Origin: an uncultured Fastidiosipila sp.
GTDB taxonomy: Bacteria; Bacillota; Clostridia; Saccharofermentanales; Fastidiosipilaceae
Length of the DNA: 14,067 nt
NCBI GenBank assembly: GCA_964627125.1
Contig: CAZVJQ010000033.1
Coordinates: 1 to 14,067, forward strand
Direction: 5' to 3'
Part shown: one piece after another, positions 8,110 to 14,067 of the stretch
Layout of the letters: each line of letters starts with the position of its first letter
Position numbering within the stretch: position 1 is the first letter of the stretch
The notes under the pieces: generated by a model
Database searches by the model: none
What the model saw: only the letters and a program-made list of their open reading frames with translations
Told to the model about the DNA's origin: nothing
Translations under genes and position numbers: made by a program

Positions 8110-9249
8110 CTATTTACCTTTTTTCTGCATGTGAACTACAGGTGTAGTTTCTTGTGAACCTGTTAGAACAACTAATAAGTTATTTACTAAGTTAGATCTT
8201 AATTCATCATCTAAAGTAACAATTTGTTTCTCTTCAAGTTGAGCAAGTGCGTCTTCAACAACACCAACTGCACCTTGTACAATCTTACCTTTAGCAGATA
8301 CGATTGCTGTGGCTTGTTGTCTCTGTAGCATTGCAGCTGAGATTTCGTCAGCATAAGAAATATGTGATAGCTTAACATCAATGATTTCAATACCTGCAAT
8401 ATCAGCCTTATCTTGTAGCTCTTCTTGCATTTGGTTTGCTATCATTTGGCTAGAGCCAATTAATGTATATTCTGAATCTTGTACGCCATCGTCTTCTAAG
8501 TTCTCGTATGGGTATAATCTTACAGTATTTCTAACTATGCTGTCAGATTGGCTATTTAAGAATGTAGCGTAATTATCTACATTGTACACAGCCTTAGTAG
8601 GGTTAGTGATTCTCCAAGAAACAACTGAGCCTACAATAACAGGGTTACCTAGAAAGTCATTAACCTTTTGTAATTCATTGTTTACAGTTCTAACTTTTGT
8701 AGAAAGTCTATTAGGTTTTTGTCCTGAATATGTAGTTGAAACACTTTCACCATCTGCGGATCTAGAAACCATTTTTAATTGTGCAGGATCTTTTTCAGCT
8801 GACGCAAATGGATTAATCCAGTGGTAACCAGGTTCTCTAATTGTACCGTGGTATTTACCGAATAATGTAAAGATAGCTGCTTCATTAGGGCCAACATTCT
8901 TACATCCTGCCATCATCCAGATTCCTAGAGCCATTAGTAGTAAACCTAAACCGAAAAGTATTGTTAGAGGTAGACCTAAGATAAATATGATTAGTCCAAA
9001 AATTAACATTGGAACACCATTTTTATTTGAAATTAATTTCTCGTCTATGTCTGGATTAAAATCATTAGGTCCTCCTGAACTTGGTCTTGGTGCAGGATAC
9101 TGATTTCTTGGGTAATTATCATAGTTTTGAGGTTGTCTATTACCTTGGTAATTTTGATTTCCTTGGTTGTGTTGATTTTGTTGATAATTTTGACCATACT
9201 GATTTTGCGAGTGATTCTGTCCTTGTTGATTATTGTAGTTATTCTCCAT
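8110..9249 (-). CDS. SPFH/band-7 (stomatin/prohibitin/flotillin/HflKC-type) membrane protein with an N-terminal Q/N-rich low-complexity region.
   Basis: The ORF extends to 9267, but the second ATG (9249) has SD-like GGAGAAAGGA 6 nt upstream while the first ATG has none. The N-terminal 60 aa are Q/N/Y/G-rich. A TM segment (MLIFGLIIFILGLPLTILFGLGLLLMALGIWMMAG) follows, then a roughly 250-aa domain with a coiled-coil-like EELQDKADIAGIEIIDVKL, QRQQA and AQLEEKQ tail typical of SPFH proteins. Confidence 0.8.
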   Translation of the reverse strand: MENNYNNQQGQNHSQNQYGQNYQQNQHNQGNQNYQGNRQPQNYDNYPRNQYPAPRPSSGGPNDFNPDIDEKLISNKNGVPMLIFGLIIFILGLPLTILFGLGLLLMALGIWMMAGCKNVGPNEAAIFTLFGKYHGTIREPGYHWINPFASAEKDPAQLKMVSRSADGESVSTTYSGQKPNRLSTKVRTVNNELQKVNDFLGNPVIVGSVVSWRITNPTKAVYNVDNYATFLNSQSDSIVRNTVRLYPYENLEDDGVQDSEYTLIGSSQMIANQMQEELQDKADIAGIEIIDVKLSHISYADEISAAMLQRQQATAIVSAKGKIVQGAVGVVEDALAQLEEKQIVTLDDELRSNLVNNLLVVLTGSQETTPVVHMQKKGK

Positions 9250-9522
9250 ATAAATTCCTTTCTCCATTCGATATTTATATATTTTTGAAATACCAAGCTT
9301 GATTGGTATCTATGTAAATTATAATATATCCCACCCTATGTAAAAATAAATTTTTTGCGACCAAGAAGAAATTTAAACAGAAATTAACATAATACTACTA
9401 CCTCAAATAGCAACAAATATCCACTATTGTATTATTCTTAATACAAGCTTTATCCTTTGTTTAATTATGAGAATCGATATAATGAGAAAATGTTATGAGC
9501 AAAATGCACCCGGAGGAAAATC

Positions 9523-12489
9523 ATGCTTCAAGTAAAGAACCTGTCGAAGGACTATTATGTCGGCGACAACACTATTCATGCACTACAAGATATTAATTTA
9601 AATTTCCCAGATAAAGGTTTCGTATCAATTCTAGGTCAGTCAGGGTCAGGTAAAACTACCTTCCTGAACATCATAGGCGGTCTAGATAGATATACATCTG
9701 GTGATATTGTAATTAACGGGAAAAGTACAAAAACCTACAAAGATAAAGATTGGGACAGCTACAGAAACCACCACATTGGTTTTGTATTCCAAAGTTATAG
9801 CTTAATCCCACATCAAACCTTACTAGAAAATGTCATGCTAGCGCCTGCTATATCAGGTTTACCACTTGCTGAGCGACGTGAAAAATCCATAGAAGCACTT
9901 AAGAGCGTTGGTTTAGAGAACCGCATGCATCAGCGCCCTAACCAAGTCTCTGGTGGCCAAAGCCAACGTACAGCAATTGCCCGTGCTCTTGTAACTAACC
10001 CTAATATTATTTTGGCAGATGAGCCTACGGGTGCTTTGGACAGTGAGACATCTGCGCAAGTAATGAAAATCTTGAAAGATATTTCTAAAGAAAAACTAGT
10101 CATTATGGTTACACATAATGAGATCATTGCAGACGAGTATTCTGAGAGAATCATCAAACTTAAAGATGGTGAATTGCTATCAGATACAGCTCCGCTATCA
10201 GATGAAGAATTAGAGATTGAAGAAAAACCACGTAAGAAAGAAGCTAGTATGTCATTCGCTACTAGCTTGGCTCTATCTTGGAAAAACCTAATGAGTAAGA
10301 AGGGGAAGACCTTTTTGACGGCTTTGGCCGGATCAGTAGGAATCATTGGTATAGCAGTTGTACTTGCAATTTCATATGGTGTAAACGACTACATCGACCA
10401 GGTTCAAGAGGATACATTGACCTCATATCCATTAACCATCATGAGAGAAAACATTGGACTAGAAGCCATTATGGGCGAAATGGAGAGATTATCAGGGGAC
10501 GCTGAACCAGAAGACTATGGAGAGAACAATGCTGGTACATGGGAGATAATGGACTATCTCTTAAATCTTGAAAATACATTCGCAGGGGATGTCAACAATT
10601 TAGTAGACTTCATGGAGTTTATAGAGAGTAACGAAAGCTTCAAAGAGAATACTTCGAGCGTGTTTTATGACTATGGACTAGATATGAATATCTTAGCTCA
10701 AGACCCGAATGGAGAGACAGTTCAAGCAGATATTATGGAGCAAATTTCAGCTGCCAACTTAAGGATTGCTGAAGATGAGGGTAGAGACCCAGACCAAGTA
10801 GATGCCAGAAACAATATGATGATGCAAGGTCCATTTGGAGCAGGAACAACATTTACTCCTTTAATTCCAGATGAAAATAATGTAGGTATTAGCCAGATTG
10901 TTAAAAACCAATATGTATTGGAAGCTGGACAGTGGCCAGAAAATGAAGAAGAAGTAGTACTTATTCTAAATGAATATGGAGAGTTACCAGATTCTGTTTT
11001 ATATACATTAGGGTTTAGAACACAAGAAGACTTAGAACGTTTAATCATTCAGGCTGAAAATGATGAGGAACTTGAATCTAGCGAGGAGTTCATCTACTCA
11101 TATGATGAGTTAATGGCTAAGGAAATTAAGTTATTATTCCCAACAGATATTTACCAGTACAACGAAGACACAGATACTTGGGAAAACCTTATGGATACTG
11201 AGAGTGGTAGAGACTATCTTTACTCAAATGAAGATATTGGAGTTAATTTAACTATCTCAGCAATAATTAAACCAAATCCAGATTCATCAAGCCATATATT
11301 AGAAGGTTGGGTAGGCTACACGAGTGAACTGAGTGATTATGCAATTGCAGCTAATAGGGAATCTGAATTAGCACAAGAACAGTTGAATAATGAAGAGATT
11401 GACGTATTTTCAGGCTTACCATTCCCAACAGAAGAAAATACAAATATCGATGAAGCAACTAAGGCTAGCGATTTTTCTGAATACATGGCAGAGCAAGGCA
11501 CTGAAACACAAGCTGAGTACTACACATTTATATCTACTACAATGTTGCCATCTCAATTGGATGAGCAAGTAGAAGCACAAAAAGAGTTGATGGATGATGA
11601 AGCAAAAGATGAACTTATAAGCAATGTTTATGCAAATATTGTAAATGTATCTATGGAGCAAGCATCTGCTGCAATAGCTAACCTAGACCAAGAAACTTAT
11701 GATGAATTACTTACTGCTGCACTAGAAGCTAATATTCAATCTACTTATGCGGCACAAGTCATGCCTACAATAGAGCAATTATCAGAAGAGGAAAGAGCTG
11801 CTATGCTCTTAGAAGAAGATTTCAGTGATGAAGCACTAGCAACTCTTTACGATGAATATATGCCAGCTCAAGTCTCTGAAAACACATATGACGGCAACTT
11901 AGCAAGTTTAGGTTTAGATAACACTGAGCCTGAATCAATTTATATTTACAACGCTGATTTTGAGACAAAAGATAATGTTAAGGCAATTATCGAAGATTAC
12001 AATGCAGCCGCAAGTGAAGATGATGAGATATCTTATACAGATTATGTTGATCTAATTATGAGCATGGTTGGAACAATCATTAATGTTATTACCTATGTCT
12101 TGATTGGATTCGTCGCTCTATCCTTGCTTGTATCTTCAATCATGATGTCTATCGTTACATACAACAGCGTCTTACAAAGAACCCAAGAAATCGGTATTTT
12201 AAGAGCTCTCGGTGCATCTAAGCGAAATGTAGCTAATGTATTTATTGCAGAAACATTTATTGAGGGACTGAGCTCGGGAATTGTCGGTATAGCTATATCG
12301 CAACTCATTGTAATGATTATCAATGCCATCATTAGAGCGAACTTCGATGTAACTCTGAGACTATTCTTAACTACTGAATCTATGGTTGTATTAATCTTGT
12401 TATCCACAGTGTTGACAGTAATTGCAGGACTAATTCCTAGCTTCATGGCTTCAAGGAAAGATCCTGTTGAGGCACTTAGAACTGAGTAG
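9523..12489 (+). CDS. Fused ABC transporter ATP-binding protein plus FtsX-type permease (MacB-like), with a very large acidic extracytoplasmic domain.
   Basis: 988 aa. Walker A GQSGSGKTT, ABC signature SGGQSQR, Walker B ILADEPTGALD and an H-loop VTHN. TM1 (FLTALAGSVGIIGIAVVLAISYG) around residue 260, then about 600 aa of hydrophilic D/E-rich sequence, then three C-terminal TM helices (FtsX fold) with the conserved RALGASKRNV motif. SD GGAGGAAAA 5 nt before the ATG. Confidence 0.85.
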   Translation: MLQVKNLSKDYYVGDNTIHALQDINLNFPDKGFVSILGQSGSGKTTFLNIIGGLDRYTSGDIVINGKSTKTYKDKDWDSYRNHHIGFVFQSYSLIPHQTLLENVMLAPAISGLPLAERREKSIEALKSVGLENRMHQRPNQVSGGQSQRTAIARALVTNPNIILADEPTGALDSETSAQVMKILKDISKEKLVIMVTHNEIIADEYSERIIKLKDGELLSDTAPLSDEELEIEEKPRKKEASMSFATSLALSWKNLMSKKGKTFLTALAGSVGIIGIAVVLAISYGVNDYIDQVQEDTLTSYPLTIMRENIGLEAIMGEMERLSGDAEPEDYGENNAGTWEIMDYLLNLENTFAGDVNNLVDFMEFIESNESFKENTSSVFYDYGLDMNILAQDPNGETVQADIMEQISAANLRIAEDEGRDPDQVDARNNMMMQGPFGAGTTFTPLIPDENNVGISQIVKNQYVLEAGQWPENEEEVVLILNEYGELPDSVLYTLGFRTQEDLERLIIQAENDEELESSEEFIYSYDELMAKEIKLLFPTDIYQYNEDTDTWENLMDTESGRDYLYSNEDIGVNLTISAIIKPNPDSSSHILEGWVGYTSELSDYAIAANRESELAQEQLNNEEIDVFSGLPFPTEENTNIDEATKASDFSEYMAEQGTETQAEYYTFISTTMLPSQLDEQVEAQKELMDDEAKDELISNVYANIVNVSMEQASAAIANLDQETYDELLTAALEANIQSTYAAQVMPTIEQLSEEERAAMLLEEDFSDEALATLYDEYMPAQVSENTYDGNLASLGLDNTEPESIYIYNADFETKDNVKAIIEDYNAAASEDDEISYTDYVDLIMSMVGTIINVITYVLIGFVALSLLVSSIMMSIVTYNSVLQRTQEIGILRALGASKRNVANVFIAETFIEGLSSGIVGIAISQLIVMIINAIIRANFDVTLRLFLTTESMVVLILLSTVLTVIAGLIPSFMASRKDPVEALRTE

Positions 12490-12609
12490 TAGTTTGCTTT
12501 TGCCAAAGCAGAGACACCTATAGTCAAAAAGTAGAAAAGAAGTTTTGTACTGTTTGATTTACATCTAGGCTGTTATACTTGAAAGGATTTATTTTGATGG
12601 GAGAATATT

Positions 12610-13272
12610 ATGGCTAAAGGCGTAATTTTTGATATGGATGGAACAATCCTAGACTCTAACCAAATGTGGGATGAGGCTGCTGCAAGATACTTGAAAACTC
12701 AAGATAGAGTTGCTGCAGATGATTTGGGTCATCAGATTCATACATTCAGTGATATTGAAACTGCTGAATATTTAAGAGTTACATATGAGCTTGATTTAAG
12801 CAAAGAGGAAGTATTAAGTGGAATGCATAATACAGTTCTTGGATATTACCAAAATGAAGCAACTTTAAAGGGTTGGGTTATTGATTTTGTAAAGGAGCTA
12901 CATGAAGCTGGTATCCCAATGGGTGTTGCAACAGTAACTAACAGAAATGCTACTAACCATGGACTTGCTACAACAAATATTATCCAGTATATGAAAGATA
13001 CAATTGTTGTTGCGGAGGCTGGTGAAAGTAAAGAGAGTCCTAAGATTTACTTGGATATTGCCGAAAGAATGGGTCTAGATGTAGATAAAACCTTTGTATT
13101 CGAAGATTCACTCTATGCAGCAAAAACCGCGAAGAGAGCTGGTTTTATAGTTGTTGGTGTTGCTGATCCATACAGGGTAGATGTAGCTGACGAAATGAGA
13201 GAGCTTGCAGATTATTATTTAGAAGATGAAGCAAGTACAAAAGAAATTTTAGGGGCAGTTCTAAGTTTATAA
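12610..13272 (+). CDS. HAD-superfamily hydrolase, subfamily IA (beta-phosphoglucomutase or sugar-phosphatase-like).
   Basis: 220 aa. Motif I FDMDGT at residues 7-12, a conserved T/S in motif II (VATVTN), a K in motif III, and a C-terminal acidic motif (FEDS…). SD GGGAGAA upstream. Confidence 0.8.
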   Translation: MAKGVIFDMDGTILDSNQMWDEAAARYLKTQDRVAADDLGHQIHTFSDIETAEYLRVTYELDLSKEEVLSGMHNTVLGYYQNEATLKGWVIDFVKELHEAGIPMGVATVTNRNATNHGLATTNIIQYMKDTIVVAEAGESKESPKIYLDIAERMGLDVDKTFVFEDSLYAAKTAKRAGFIVVGVADPYRVDVADEMRELADYYLEDEASTKEILGAVLSL

Positions 13273-13293
13273 TTTCAAGATTTATATATAAAT

Positions 13294-13341
13294 AATGGCT
13301 TAAGTTAGTAAAGTACTAGCTCAAGCCATTTTATTTTGTTT
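13294..13341. terminator. Bidirectional terminator: extended hairpin aatggcttaag-t-TAGTA-aag-TACTA-g-ctcaagccatt followed by ttattttgttt.
   Basis: Outer 11 bp stem with one A/C mismatch and an inner 5 bp stem. T-tract on the plus strand. It lies between the stop of the HAD gene (+) and the stop of 13353..13610 (-). Confidence 0.65.
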
Positions 13342-13352
13342 AATTCATTTAT

Positions 13353-13610
13353 CTAACCACAGTCTCTACAACTATTGGCAGTGAAAATATCAACTGTTAG
13401 AATATCTTTTTCAACATTCAATTTCTCAGAGACGAAGTTTTTAATATCCATCAATTGGAATGGATCTAGAAACATACTGTCAATCTCCTTATATGCTTCC
13501 CTAATACGATTTTTCTCATCTGTTGGTATCTTACCATCATCATGGAAATGTAAGTCGGTAATCATATTCCAGTTCAATTCTGGTGAGTTCGTAATTGTTA
13601 TTTCTACCAT
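13353..13610 (-). CDS. Hypothetical small protein (85 aa), acidic, with a C-terminal CRDCG.
   Basis: Good SD AAAGAGGTG about 6 nt upstream of the ATG. Clean ORF bounded by a terminator. I do not recognise the family. Confidence 0.6.
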   Translation of the reverse strand: MVEITITNSPELNWNMITDLHFHDDGKIPTDEKNRIREAYKEIDSMFLDPFQLMDIKNFVSEKLNVEKDILTVDIFTANSCRDCG

Positions 13611-13809
13611 AAAAACACCTCTTTTCTAGATCATTTCTTAATCTACGCATAGTGTAGCAAGAATAAACTTTATTGTCTGGAACGATTGTTGCTATTAAAG
13701 ATGGCTATGTTAGTCTTATTTACAAGCTACACTCAAATAATATTTTATACTTAATTAAATCTACTTCTGCTAAACAACGGAGGAAGCTGTAAACCAAGCA
13801 ATTAACAAA

Positions 13810-13965
13810 ATGGTAGATTTAGTAATTTCTACGGGAAGTTTCGACATAAATGAAGCAGGTGTGTTACTCTCAGTAGTAGGTAATTTAAAAGTTTCTCAAA
13901 TTGTTAACCCTAATAAGACAATGAGAATGGAACTTGATAAGAAATATATAGATTTAATAAGCTAA
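13810..13965 (+). other. Possible 51-aa small ORF (MVDLVISTGSFDINEAGVLLSVVGNLKVSQIVNPNKTMRMELDKKYIDLIS), or the C-terminal remnant of a larger gene. Its status is uncertain.
   Basis: The open frame runs 13774-13965 and reads naturally upstream of the ATG (TTEEAVNQAINK-MVDL…). The only SD-like GGAGGAAG sits 25 nt upstream, which is too far. No family recognised. Confidence 0.2.
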
Positions 13966-14067
13966 ATCTATTAGTCCAAAAATTAATCCAATACTAATAT
14001 TTAGAACTATAAGAGCTTTATAAGTTTGTTATAAAATATTCATAGATATTTGTTTTATTTCAAATAT

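Noticed and set aside
8211-9302. Several 60-83-aa ORFs on both strands inside the SPFH gene (8211..8399-, 8381..8572+, 8582..8827+, 9045..9296-, 9081..9302+).
   Set aside because: They are antisense or out-of-frame readings of a gene with clear SPFH features. Those at 9045-9302 arise from the repetitive Q/N-encoding DNA.
9482-9535. 17-codon uORF (MRKCYEQNAPGGKSCFK) overlapping the start of the fused ABC gene.
   Set aside because: No SD upstream of its ATG. It overlaps the real SD and start in another frame. Most likely incidental, although a leader peptide cannot be fully excluded.
9930-12527. Minus-strand ORFs of 81-144 aa and one 60-aa plus-strand ORF inside the ABC/FtsX gene (9930..10346, 10722..11048, 11390..11572+, 11416..11661, 12093..12527).
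   Set aside because: They are embedded in a 988-aa gene with unmistakable ABC and FtsX motifs, and there are no SDs.
12490-12609. Possible terminator or promoter between the ABC gene and the HAD gene (imperfect hairpin gcttttgccaaagcag; TATACT -10-like box).
   Set aside because: The stem is short and bulged with no T-tract. The -35 and -10 spacing is non-canonical. The HAD gene may simply be co-transcribed with the ABC gene, and I could not support either call.
1-14067. I searched for CRISPR repeats, tRNA or rRNA genes, and IS or transposase or integrase signatures.
   Set aside because: No regularly spaced direct repeats, no tRNA-like cloverleaf candidates, and no transposase or recombinase-like ORFs. 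Apart from the Q/N-encoding codon repeats, the only repeated motifs are the shared terminator palindrome and the 11-mer near pulA.

Overview
The window is AT-rich (roughly one-third GC by eye) and looks like a chromosomal region from a low-GC Gram-positive bacterium, probably Lactobacillales/Bacilli-like. I can support eleven protein-coding genes and no rRNA, tRNA, CRISPR array or mobile element. The genes are: a tandem pair of paralogous DUF4230-like envelope proteins (+); a convergent two-gene operon (-) of a type-1 GalT-family uridylyltransferase followed by a two-Rossmann FAD/NAD(P) flavoprotein; a small 2-TM protein and a lipoprotein-like membrane protein with a Q/N/G-rich tail (+); a signal-less type I pullulanase (+); an SPFH/band-7 membrane protein with a Q/N-rich N-terminus (-); a 988-aa fused ABC ATPase plus FtsX-type permease (+); a HAD-family phosphatase (+); and an 85-aa hypothetical (-). 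Convergent gene pairs are separated by clear bidirectional hairpin terminators. Nothing here is a recognisable defence or mobile system. The items most worth a second look are the GalT-like plus flavin-monooxygenase-like pairing, the two Q/N-rich tails on membrane proteins flanking pulA, an orphan SD plus terminator hairpin (candidate sRNA) upstream of pulA, and the unusually large acidic ectodomain of the fused ABC/FtsX protein.
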